NCBI GenBank assembly: GCA_951406725.2
Contig: OX597818.1
Span: 41,912,001-41,976,000 of the forward strand
Length of the DNA stretch: 64,000 nucleotides
Reading direction: 5' to 3'
Source: Octopus vulgaris
Taxonomy: Eukaryota
The notes below the pieces were generated by a model that did not search any database, was not told where the DNA came from, and was given only the letters and a program-made list of their open reading frames with translations. Shown here one piece after another: positions 27,647 to 39,560 of this stretch. Position 1 is the first letter of the stretch. Each line of letters starts with the position of its first letter. The translations under genes were made by a program, and so were the position numbers.

Positions 27647-29540
27647 CAAAATAAGCAACAGGATATCAAGAAGTGATGCAGTACAACCGTTTCAAGCAGC
27701 TCCATTTAATTGGACAATGCAATCATTACATCAATTTAAATGTTGGGCTATCCTCAGCTGCACAAATAAATAGATAGTATTTTAATCAGTTGGACACATT
27801 AATATAATTATACTCAAATACTCTAATAGAGCAAGAAGATAGAAGAAATCCATGTTGTCGTTATGGTAGCTAAGAATACACTACACTTCTAAGAACTACA
27901 TGACGTTTGTTGGGGGTCTTAGCTTGTTAAGGATTGTGGTTCATTTTTAACTTATTTGTCTTTTTATGTTTAGAATGGAGGACAGGAGTGAGTTGACAGC
28001 TCATAGCTAAGTATGGTCATAAATATTGTCAAGATTTTAAGAGTAGTATAAAGTAACTGTCTATAAAGGAGGTTGGGTAGGTGAAGACACCGAATCAAGA
28101 TATTAATTACCAGTTAAGACACTAATAAAACCTATGATGTTAATACAGAGGAAATTTTATCATGGGGTACAATGGGTGATTGTTTGAGTATAATTATATT
28201 AACCCTTTCGTTACCAAACCGCCCGAAACCGCCCAAAAAAAATTTTGGTTAATGTGACCAAGCCGCCCCAAACTGCCCGAATTTACCTATTCATATTTAA
28301 ATGAGAATATCAGAGTAAATCTCTTTAGTACATTCGTGAAAACACGTATTATACTTCGTAAACAGTTCAACTACAGTTTTGTACAAAAATCGAAGTGTAA
28401 TTTTAATTCCGTGAATTATGGGAGATTTTTTTCTGAAATTTGTTCCTATTGTGTTTTCAAAATTTGTAATTCTGACAAAAAAATGGATACGAATTTCATT
28501 ATATCAAGCAGCGAGTCAGAATTCAAAGGATTTTCTACTGAAGATCATAAATCTAACTCTATGACTGAAAAAAAAAAGCATGTGGTATTTGATAATGAAT
28601 CTGATGTTTCATTTTCCGAAAGTGAAAACAGTGAATTCGAGATCTCCGACAGCGATAAAGAAAATGAATTGGTACCTGAATGGAGTGAAAATTTAAAAAC
28701 TGTTTCTTTCGGTGATTTTTCTGAAGAAACTGGACCAAGCCACAGACTTTCCCAGAAGAGTAAAGGCTTAAATTATTTCTTTTTACTTTTTCGAATGAGC
28801 CTATTTGAAATCATTACGGCGGAAACGAACCGTTACGCTAAACGTAAACAAAGCGAAAGAAACGATAGTTTGTGGTTTCCCACAACCTTAAATGAAATTA
28901 AGGCCTATTTTGCCATAAATATTATTATGGGTATCAGAAAGTTACCCAGAATAACAAATTCTATCGTAAAATTTTGTTGTATACCCAATTGAATATTAGC
29001 TAATAACCCATTTTCTATAGCGATGTTTGAACAAAATTTTAATAATTTTATATTTTGTTGAATTTACCTGTATCTACCTGCAATTAGAGTCACTTTGTGA
29101 CAAAAATTATAGTATAGAATTGGTTGAGAACATTTCATTAAATTATCTTCCAAAATTCATGTTAATATATTGATAAATAAAAAAGTTATTGTTGTTTAAT
29201 GAAACCAGACTAAATTTATGATTACGTTAGAAATTAATTGAAACACATAAGGGGTGTATTTTGGTCAGAAATATAGTAACGAAAGGGTTAAAGTTTCCAA
29301 CTGATTAAAATTCTATTTATTTATTTGTGCTACTGAGGATAGCCCTACATTTAAATTGATGTAATGATTCCATTGTTCAGTTAAATGGAGCTGCTTGAAA
29401 CAGTCGTACTACATCAAGTCTTGATATCCTGTTGCTTATTTTGATTTTATTCACCTTACTTTGAGTTGTCCAGATAATACCGCACTGACTTGGTACTTCA
29501 ACTTAAGTACCTAATTCAAATGAATCTCAATTATTTCTTT
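27644..29540. mobile_element. Penelope-like element with ~135-bp inverted terminal repeats in (TA)n
   Basis: 27644-27776 is the inverted copy of 29312-29447; each arm has CUGAGGA...GAAAC..GUA; related fragment at 36214-36265. Confidence 0.65.
28203..29287 (+). mobile_element. Internally deleted piggyBac transposon
   Basis: TTAA TSDs at 28199-28202 and 29288-29291; 12-bp TIR CCCTTTCGTTAC; ORF 28336-28992 is a truncated transposase N-terminus (acidic tract, YFFLLF...ETNRYA...W.PTT..EIKAYFAI.IIMGI). Confidence 0.95.
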
Positions 29541-29765
29541 TATATATATATACACACACACACACATATATATGTTTATTTTTATGTTTAATTTTCAAAA
29601 AAAACAATTAAAAATTAAATTGAAGAATGACTTTTTTGAAGAATACTTTTTTTTGTATAGGAAACATACCTATTAAACTTTTATAAGAAGAGATGCTTCA
29701 TAATTTCAGCCTGCTAGCCTTTGCTGACAAAGGCTAGCAAATCTTCAAAATTACTGTAACCCACC

Positions 29766-29803
<38 letters not shown>

Positions 29804-30730
29804 CACACACACACATTGGTGGGTATGTCATACTGATGTATATTAATTCTCCAAAAGAATGTCATATTACTACTGAATATGCAGACTCATTCCATTATTA
29901 AAAAGTCATATTCAATATTTTTATTATGCTCTTAGAGTCAACCCATTAAACTTAGTTTAACTTATTTATTTCTTGACAATGTTAGATGCATGTTAATAGG
30001 CATTTACAGGCATTTATATGACTATATGTACATGTATTTGTGAATAAATTAAAATATAAAGTAACTGTCTATAAAGGAGGCTGGGTAGGGGAAGACCCTG
30101 AATCAAGATATTAATTACCAGTTAAAGAGGCAGGATGCTAATAAAACCTATGATGTTAATACATCATCTCTAAACATGTTTTAAAATGTGTGTGGGATAA
30201 AATGCACTCAAAAGCATATAAGTTCATATTAACATCATTTTTTATTGAATATCTTCTGAAGGTTAGAACTTAAGGAAATTCTTAAATAATGGTTTGAAGT
30301 ACTCTTTGTAACAAGTATATATACATAAATATAAGTATTAACATATGTATGCATACATGTATCTATTGATACATGGACTTACATATACAGATATGTGCAT
30401 ACATATACATATTCATTGTATGTGTGTGTGTATACACGTATTATCTGAAAAGTATAGTATTAAATATAAATCATGGCTGATGGTTTCACATAAAGAATAC
30501 AATGGAGTGTTAGGTAACAATCCGGTTATATAACTTTATGCTCATCAGAGTTAGCAGATACATAACACTCTATTATATTCTTTATGCAAAACAGATTGGT
30601 AAGATCAGACTTGATGGATATTTAATACTATACTTTCCGGATAGCACACCCACTCTACAGAAACATATACAAGTGCATATTTTCCCTGAATTATGGTCTT
30701 TCAAATGACTCCCACACGTGTGTGTGTATG

Positions 30731-30773
<43 letters not shown>

Positions 30774-30774
30774 T

Positions 30775-30935
30775 AATTAAAAAAACAGAGGAATAAACAA
30801 AAACGGGAAAAAAAAACGACACGATGTGATACATGGTAAGTATTAAGATGCTCAGGGAAGGAAAGAAAGGGTGTTTTATGCTTCAAGCAAAGCTCTTCTT
30901 CAGAAACAGGAGAGAGAAGAAATTGCAAGTAAAAA
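30775..30935 (-). mobile_element. Penelope-like repeat with decayed minimal hammerhead
   Basis: UGUUU CUGAAGA A GAGC-UUU-GCUU GAAG CA UA AAACA at 30908-30872; abuts (TA)n. Confidence 0.6.
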
Positions 30936-31000
30936 GGGACACAGACACAGACATACACACATATGCACACATATATATGTGTGTGTGTGTGAGTATATAT

Positions 31001-31032
<32 letters not shown>

Positions 31033-31161
31033 CACCATCACCGTGATCACCGTGACCGACCAGGCTATCAGATGTTGCTACACATCGCTGGTCACAATGC
31101 GCTTCACATTGTTTTAGCCTTCAAATGACACCACCCCGCTGGCTAAGCGAGCAGGCCAATA

Positions 31162-31206
<45 letters not shown>

Positions 31207-31422
31207 TATATATACACATATATATATAAATATACAAATATATAATTTACATACTGCTGCAATAAATCTGTAAATTTGAGAGGGGAATATGTTGAATAAA
31301 ATCATAATTAACTGACACTCCTGTATTTTCTTTTACCCAAAGCCAGGAACTTTTCAGCACACCCTCATATATACAAACATACATATATATCTATGTATAT
31401 ATATATATAAGTACATATTTAT

Positions 31423-31507
<85 letters not shown>

Positions 31508-31514
31508 GACATTT

Positions 31515-31559
<45 letters not shown>

Positions 31560-32099
31560 AATGCACTGACATTTACACACACACACACACAAACTCACAT
31601 ACACACCCAAACATGCATTTAGTTTAAGTACTGAGTCAAATCTATAGTTTGATTTAGAGGTGTTGGAGTTATATTGGGCCCTGTTGATGTATTATATGTA
31701 CTGAATAATTGATATAACATTTTGTGTTGTTCTCATAAAAGTACACAGCTTGGAAAATCAATATGACCAAACAGTTATCAAAGCAATTCCCTAACTTCAA
31801 AAATAGTTTTATATTTAATGAAAACCTGCAATAAAAAGCAACATATTAATTACATTAATTGATACGTACATATATTTGTGCATACTTTTAGTAATAATCA
31901 AAGATTGAAAAAATCCCAGTTAGTTTATTATGATACTATATTTAATAATGGTTATGTGCATACACATTATATTGTGTGCGTTTGTGTATGTGTGTATGGA
32001 AGTATATATATACACACACACACATATATATTATATATATGTACATATATATGTGTGTGTGTGTGTGTGTGTCTGTGCATATGTATATATATTTGCCAT

Positions 32100-32281
32100 T
32101 ATTGATCGCTAGCCATTAAACCTTTTTTATTTTCTCTCTCTACTTTTTTCTGTGTCCCTTTCTGTCGAAGCGCATAGGCTCAAAATGTAAAACAATTTCT
32201 CAATTCCCGAGTGTTAAACTAATACGTCTGTTGTTTACACACCTATCTTTGTCTTTTGTTTTGTCTTTTCCTGTAAATTGC

Positions 32282-32285
<4 letters not shown>
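32100..32285 (+). mobile_element. Penelope-like repeat; second copy at 35347-35530 on the minus strand
   Basis: Inferred consensus CUUU CUGUYGA A GAGC-GUAG-GCUC GAAA CG UA AAAG; both copies adjoin (TA)n. Confidence 0.5.
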
Positions 32286-32323
<38 letters not shown>

Positions 32324-32402
32324 ACATATATATGTGTGTATACATATATATATTTATGTATATATATATATTGGTATATATATGTGTGTATGTATATATA
32401 CG

Positions 32403-32446
<44 letters not shown>

Positions 32447-32453
32447 TGTATGT

Positions 32454-32485
<32 letters not shown>

Positions 32486-32548
32486 GTGTATATATATATA
32501 TGTATGTATATGTATATATATATGTACATATCTATATATGTATGTATG

Positions 32549-32581
<33 letters not shown>

Positions 32582-32722
32582 ACATAGGCTATAAGAGGGA
32601 ATGGTGCCAATAAGACCCAAAGGTGTCAGGTAATGCTGAGTAAGTGCTATGGACAGACTATAGTTAAGCTCCAGGTTCAGTGATTATGCGAATGAGGTGT
32701 CCAACATATGTCATATATCAGC

Positions 32723-32768
<46 letters not shown>

Positions 32769-32800
32769 GTGATGTATATATATATATATATATGTGTGTG

Positions 32801-32844
<44 letters not shown>

Positions 32845-32972
32845 TGTACATATATATATGTACATGTATGTATATATATATTTATATATGCATATATACA
32901 TATATATGTATGTATATATATATATGTGTATACATATATACATGTATATACACACATATATTTGTATATATA
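32285..32972. repeat. Large compound (TA/TG/CA)n microsatellite field
   Basis: Direct inspection; similar fields at 13240-13400, 31160-31610, 35535-35730, 55415-55810, plus (ATG)n/(AAT)n at 59876-59960. Confidence 0.98.
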
Positions 32973-33250
32973 CTAGCAGTAATACCCGTCGTTGCTCAGG
33001 TAATTACTTTTACTGCTTCTTGGGCTGAGATGCTACAAAAATGGTTATATCATATAGAAGAATATCTTTATGGAATCCAGTTGACTGCAATGGCCCTGAA
33101 AAGGCTGCAGGTTAAGTGGAACATCACTGTTCATATAGAAAAAGCATTGCACCTTGTGCATTTGCTTGGTGTTTGTTTTTTGACAGTCTTTCTTTTAGCA
33201 GACATTATTTGATTAGAATTATCAGTAGGTAATAGTTCATTGAAATTACA
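32973..33250 (-). mobile_element. Helitron 3' end fragment
   Basis: Same CTAG terminus and hairpin (acccgtcgttgctcagg) as the element ending at 17656; the far boundary is approximate. Confidence 0.55.
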
Positions 33251-33689
33251 AATGCTATGTCCTGTCAGATTTAGGTTTACTTGTCTTGTATGTGTGTATT
33301 ATATAAGAGAAAAACATGTAATAATTGAAGTAGAAAAAAGATGGATTTCATATACGAACACCTGTTTGTTCTTCAAGTTGCAATCCAGCAACTTTTAGTG
33401 TTTGGCCTAAACTTTTATTCATGCTCCTGGCAAAAGAAAGCAGGATAGGAAACTGTCATTGGGACATTAGATGATATAACTGGCATGTGAGGAATGAAGA
33501 CGGTGTCATGGTGTCACATTTACCACAACCAGTTAGAATATTTGCCTCAATGCAGTTTGCCATAGGTTTGTGCACACAATTAGTGTTATCTCCCTTGAAA
33601 CATTTACTTCCATTTTTATGGGACAAACACGCAAATGGACAGAATCTCTCTTTTATATATGTGTGTGTGTATGTATATATATATATATA

Positions 33690-33890
33690 AATTTTATTTG
33701 GCAAAATATTTTCGTTGCTTTGAGACCGCGACCTGTTCACTGACAGCACGGAATTTTGTCAGTGAATAGGTTGTGGTCTCAAAGCAATGAAAATATTTTG
33801 GCAAATTAAATTTAAATGTTGAAATGAATCTAACGGTTTTTGTGTGTTTCTTAAATGGCTTATAAACACTTTCCACGCTGCAATTGTTTA
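33690..33890. mobile_element. Fold-back Penelope-like repeat with two G3:C8-type hammerhead motifs
   Basis: Inverted arms 33690-33745 and 33757-33813; both flanks are (TA)n. Confidence 0.7.
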
Positions 33891-34020
33891 TATATATATA
33901 TATATACATTTATACACAAATACATACATACATACTTTATGTACATACATGTACTTTATATGCACTTTCTGACAAGTTGTGGTGCACCTGAGCACTGTAT
34001 ACAATAATTTCATTATTATA

Positions 34021-34575
34021 CATGGTGGCTGCCCCCTTGTTATCGAGTATGGCCATTGCACGAAGCTTAATCAATGTTGTTATCATGCAATTCCTGTGCA
34101 AGAAGATTTTTTTTAAAGTGAGGAAAGGCTGTGCACTGAGTCAATCCCACTCACTATGCAACAACAGCCATAATCCGAAAAGAAGAACAAGTCAACATCA
34201 TCAGTAACCACTGAGCTGCAGGTTTTGTCGGAGTTATCCCAGTTACCTGAGTTACCTTCACCTAGAAGGATGCCCTAACAAAGGCTAGGAGTCCTTCACT
34301 CCCAATGATTTAAAAGTGCGATCGGGTATTCAGTCTGATTATTTCTATGTCCCTGCACATGATACATCCTTAAGACATTTATTGGATGGCTGTTGACTCT
34401 CAAGAGTTCCTCCGCCCTTTGACAGGTTTTGTTTTTCATCCCGCAGGGTGTCCAATAAACACCCTCCTCACCAAGCAAGCATGGCGGGGTTGCCGGTTTA
34501 GTCACTGATGACCCGACCATGCAACAGGTTGTACTGGGTTACATGTTACCAGTAGCACTCGAAAGTGACCTGACA
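34021..34575 (-). mobile_element. Short non-autonomous RTE (BovB-like) derivative: 5' UTR joined to 3' tail
   Basis: GC-richer than its flanks; RTE-5'UTR-like blocks (ggtgaggagggtg...aaaacctgtcaaagggcggaggaac; ctaggtgaaggtaactc) and a tail ...ccatactcgataacaagggggcagcc; no RT coding remnant seen. Confidence 0.6.
34493..34570 (-). ncRNA. HDV-like ribozyme fold at the element's 5' end (CpG-decayed)
   Basis: P1 GGUCAC/(A)UGGUC, P2 CCAGU/ACCGG, L3 ACCUGU with CC:GG P1.1, P4 UCA-UCAG-UGA, J4/2 CUAA. Confidence 0.55.
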
Positions 34576-34674
34576 TAAACATACATACATACATACATTC
34601 ATATATATATACTCTTTTATTCATTTCAGCCATGCGGCCATGGTCATGCTGAAGCACCACCATGGTCTTTCTGA

Positions 34675-35328
34675 CTTCCTTAGTCTGGGTGTTTCACATC
34701 ACCACTCCTGTATGTGCCTTTGTCCCAGCTGTTGGTACATTTGGTGTATAAGGGAGTTTGATTCTGCTGCCTTCGTCTGTACCTTATGTCGGGCTGTTTG
34801 TTCATCCGGTATTGTGGAGAGGAGTTCCTTTTTGAAGACATCTACTTCCACCTTATGCAAATTGCTTAATTTTTGTGGCAGAGCATGGAAGAGCTGTGGG
34901 CCTTTAAACCCTAGACTATTGCAGTACCTGGTCTTGAATTTAGTTGGAGTGGATGGTATCTTTGGTACAATACAATGGTGGCTAGTTCTGGTATTTGTAT
35001 AACACTCAATGCCAAAGTTAGGTACTAGCTCTTCTAGGATTCTCCATTTGTATATTATTTCATATCTCTCGCGCTTTTTCTCCAGGGAGTAAATCTGTAG
35101 TTTTCTCACCCTACCCCTGTAGCTCATTCACTGCTCTGTTCCAATCATTTTAGTGCAGTGGCATTGGACTGTTTCAAGGTCCACTCTTAATTTGGCACTA
35201 TGTGGTGACCATAACTAGGAGCAGTAGTCCAGGTGACTGAGAACAAATGTTTTCCATGGGATCAACATAGTTTCTCGGTCTCTTGTCTAGAAGGACCTCA
35301 GAATCTATCCTGCTAGTTGTCTGCACTA
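34675..35328 (-). mobile_element. CR1-group LINE ORF2 C-terminal fragment
   Basis: LDYCS.LWSP, LETVQCHCTKMI, L.IYSLE.KRER.EIIY.WRIL and GPQLF.ALP..L motifs. Confidence 0.88.
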
Positions 35329-35564
35329 TATATATATATATATATAGTTGAAATTTATAGAAAAACAAAAGGTGAAGACAGGTGTATGAACAACATGCAA
35401 ATGTATTAGTTTGACACTCAGGAAAAATGGAAAAGTCTTTTATGTTTTGAACCTACACTCTTAAACAGAAAGAAATAAGAGAAAATAAACAGAGAGAGAA
35501 AGAAAAAAACTTGTAGATTTTATCGGTCCAACATATATATATCTATCTATCTATCATATATATG

Positions 35565-35614
<50 letters not shown>

Positions 35615-36381
35615 ACAAACACACACATATATATATAAGTATATATATATATGTGTGTGTGAGTGTGTGTAGATATGTATATGTATATATATATACATAC
35701 ATACATATATATATAAATATATATATATATCATCATCATCATCAACATCGCTTAACATCCGTTTTCTATACTGGTATGGGTTGGATGGTTTGACTGGGGA
35801 CTGGAAAGCCAGGAGGCCTCACCAGACTTCAAACTGATCTGGCAATGTTTCTACAGCTGGATGCCCTTCCTAATGCCAACCACTCCAAGAGTGTAGTGGG
35901 TGCTTTTCATGTGATACTGGAATGGGGGCCACATTTAGATGGTGCTTTTTATGTGCCACCAGCACGGAGAGACAGTCAGGCAGCACTGGCAATGACCCAT
36001 ACATGAATGCCACCAGCACGAGTGCCAGTCAGATGGCACTGGCATCGGCCACAACTACAATCTAATATATATACACACATATATATATTTATATATACAT
36101 ATATATGTGTATATATATATACACATATATATGTATACACACACACATTTATATACATACACGCACACACACACACACATATATATATATATAGATATAT
36201 GTAAAATATAAGTAAGATTCATTTGAATTAGGTACTTAAATTGAGGTACCTTGCTTGAAACAGCCATAATAAATTGACACCTGTACATCTTTGTTACTTG
36301 TTACTTATTTATATCTGTCTGTCTGTCTATCTGTCTGTCTGTCTGTATGTATGTATGTATGTATGTATGTATATCTATCTA

Positions 36382-36419
<38 letters not shown>

Positions 36420-37944
36420 TACACATACATATATAATCATCATAATCGTTAACATCATCATCATCATCATTTGATATCTATCTTCTATGTCAGCATGCTG
36501 TGGATGTTGTTTCAACAGGATCCTGTGAGTTGGAGCACTGAATTGTGCCTCTTAACATCAACTGCTTTATATAGTGTACTGGATAAAATTGTTTCAGATG
36601 TAAAATGCCTATACTTTCAGATGGCTTCTTATACTTTATCAAGAGAGTACTACAAACAAAAAAGAAACCTACTCATATATGCTTGACTTGAAGGGCCTTT
36701 GCAGACTGTGATGTTGTTTCTTCACAGTGATGTTTGGACTTTGTAATTTAAATAAAGGTTTGATTTGGTGCTTTAGAAAAGGATATTGCTAAAGGGATTT
36801 TCTGAAAAAAAAGAAAAAAAAAGAAGCTTTTAAAAAAATATATAATTGAGATTCAGATGATTTTTTACTGAATTTAAAATAGCAACTATAAGATAAAAAT
36901 ATCTTATTCTTCCATGGTGTAAAAACATTCCAGAGATTCACCTCTAAAGTGTTAAAAAGAGTGAATTTCAATAAAAATAACAACAACAATATGATAATAA
37001 TATAAATAATAATAATTTCTAATTTTGGCAAAAGGCCAGCAATGTTTAGGGAAGCAAACAAGCTGTTTACATCGGCCCCAGTATTTGACTGCTACTTTAT
37101 TTTATTGAACCTCAAAGAATGAAAGACAAGGTTAACCTTGGTGAGATTTGAACTCAGAACATAAAGAGCTGGAAGAAATGCCATGAATTATATTCTCTGA
37201 TGTACTAAGGATTCTGCCAGCTCATCACCTTAAAAATAGTAATAATGGTTTCAAATTTTGGCACAAGGCCAGCAGTTTTGAGGTAGGTTGATTACATCAA
37301 CCCCAGTTCTCAACTGGTACTTATTTTATTGAGCCTGAGAGGATGAAAGGTAAAGTCAGCCCTGGCAGAATTTGAACTCAGAATGTAAAGACAGATGACA
37401 TGCATGCTAATGTTTCTACCAGTTTGCTGTTTTAACTACTACAACAAAAACAACAATAATAATAACTATAATGATGATGACAATGATGATGATGATGATT
37501 GTGATAATGAGAAAAATTAACAAAAGTTTATTTCAAACAGAGTTCCAAAATCCAACAAATAACTTGTTTTTTTTCAAAATTCTTTCTTTATATAATCAGG
37601 ATTTCCCTTATCTTTCTTGAGCAGGTCAAATTGATATTCAACCTATGTTTAAAGAACACTATCTGGGTTCACTTCCTCAAAATTCATCCCATAAAATTCA
37701 TCCCACAACCCCATAAAAGTTAATAATAATTTCTAACATAGGTACAATGCCACAAATTTTGTGGTAAGTATATTAGTTGATTAGATTGACAATATAAGTT
37801 AACTGTCACTTTATTTTATTGATCTCTCCCCAGAAATATGAAAGACAAAGCTGACTTTTGGTAGGATTTTAACTCTAAATGTAATGACCAAATAAAAAAA
37901 AAATACAGCGAGGCATTATCTGACACCTTAACAATTCTACCAAT

Positions 37945-38337
37945 TCAGGGATAAAAAGAAGTGCCTAATAATTGATGTGGCAGTGCCAGGAGATCAACAT
38001 ATCATCATGAAAGAAAGAGAAAAGGCTGATGAATATGGAGATCGCTAAGATGAGGCAGCTATGAGAGTCAAACATAAAGGTTATCCCTATTGTCATCAGA
38101 GCATTGGGTTCAATACCATTCAATCTGAAAAAAAAACATCTAAAAAATTTAGAGATACCCTACAATCTAGGTGTATTGTAAAAGTTGGCATTACTTGGAA
38201 CTGCATGAATATTGCGAAAGTACTGTCTCTCTGAGGTCCTTGTTGTGACTTGACAAACAGTATAAACCCACAGTAGACACAATATCTTCAATCAACATCC
38301 TCCCAATATTGTATACTGTGCAACGTTTATAATAATG

Positions 38338-38370
<33 letters not shown>

Positions 38371-38680
38371 GCAACAATAATAATGATAAAAAGAAATATG
38401 TATATCAAGAAATATGTATATCAGAGAAATTGGAATTGACATGAGGACAGAGCATGCCTAAAAAACTGCTCTACTTGGGACAGCTTGGATTTTGAGATTG
38501 GTGCTTGAGTGTTGAATATCTTTCACAGTACTTAACATCAAAATACCAAGTATTATAATTTATGGAAAGACTCTCTGTGAGATCTCTGACAACAAGGTTG
38601 CTGTCCACTCTCACAGACTCAACCAGAGCAAGTAATCTCTGAGAAGTAAAATAAAATAACAACAACAACAACCACAACCC
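37945..38680 (+). mobile_element. Decayed R4/Dong-type LINE 3' ends in (AAT)n
   Basis: CLIIDVAVPGD, PIVI.ALG and ALLGTA.IL.KVL remnants; similar tails at 9180-9480 and 38400-38680. Confidence 0.75.
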
Positions 38681-39027
38681 TGTGAGACCTTTGACAACAT
38701 GTTGTTGTCTACTCTTGCAGAATTAACTAGAGGAAGTCAAATTTAGAGCTCTGAGAAGTAAAATGGAAATATATTGGAGAAATATTTTAAGCAGAAGGAT
38801 GTTGAAATAGCTATAAAGCATTTGATTGAATGTAGAAATGATTTTAATAAGAAAAAACAAAACAAAAACAGACACAAATTGTATAGATAATATAAATGTG
38901 CACCATCCAGTATATAAAATATAAATAAATGTCTCAAGATTTTCTTTAAAATCAAAAGTATTACAAGAAGCAAAAATATTAATAAATGAACTCATACAGT
39001 AAAATTCTGATATACGGTGTCATATAA

Positions 39028-39074
<47 letters not shown>

Positions 39075-39149
39075 TAATAATAATAATTCTGAACAAATGG
39101 ATAGATGAAATAGATATAATTTGAACAGATGGCTAGAAGAAATAGGCAT

Positions 39150-39560
39150 AAAACCCAGTGTAGTGATCCTATATAACGGTGCGCACGCGCGCACCGTCCA
39201 TTCCTGTTTCGCGCATGCGGAGTCTGTACCTTCACCAAGGCAGAGAGAGGAAGGGCCCTCTCGCGCATGCGCGAAGCACCGGAAGAAGGATCCTTTTGCC
39301 TACGTGGCAGTTAGCCGAGGCAGGGTGATCGTAGGACGTTGACCACTAGCGTCCAGCAGCAATCATTGACTTGAGACAAAGCGACCGAAGGCAACGGACG
39401 TATATTTTCTCTCTGTCCGTATTTGATAGCAGTTGGCTGAAGACTTTAACCAAATTGTTGCAGACCACATCTTCTCCCTGTTCCGGACTCCATCTTTGAC
39501 CAGTGTCATTAGCATTTGAACACTGTAAATTCTACAGCGATAAAGTTCAGCTCTGACACA
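39150..39560. promoter_or_regulatory. CpG-rich promoter-like island
   Basis: The only CpG-rich segment I could not assign to a repeat. NRF1-type motifs GCGCACGCGC (39181), GCGCATGCGG (39211) and palindrome TCGCGCATGCGCGA (39261-39274); ETS CCGGAAG (39279-39285); TATATAA at ~39171. Confidence 0.7.

Noticed and set aside
28336-28992. Domesticated PGBD host gene
   Set aside because: Bounded by intact TIRs and TTAA TSDs and truncated before the catalytic domain.
31431-31590. 60-bp tandem duplication containing atgcactgacattt
   Set aside because: Ordinary slippage or unequal exchange within a compound microsatellite.
31391-36288. Many [12 protein letters not shown] ORFs (also at 13.2, 47.4-47.9 and 55.3-56.2 kb)
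   Set aside because: Translations of dinucleotide and tetranucleotide microsatellites.
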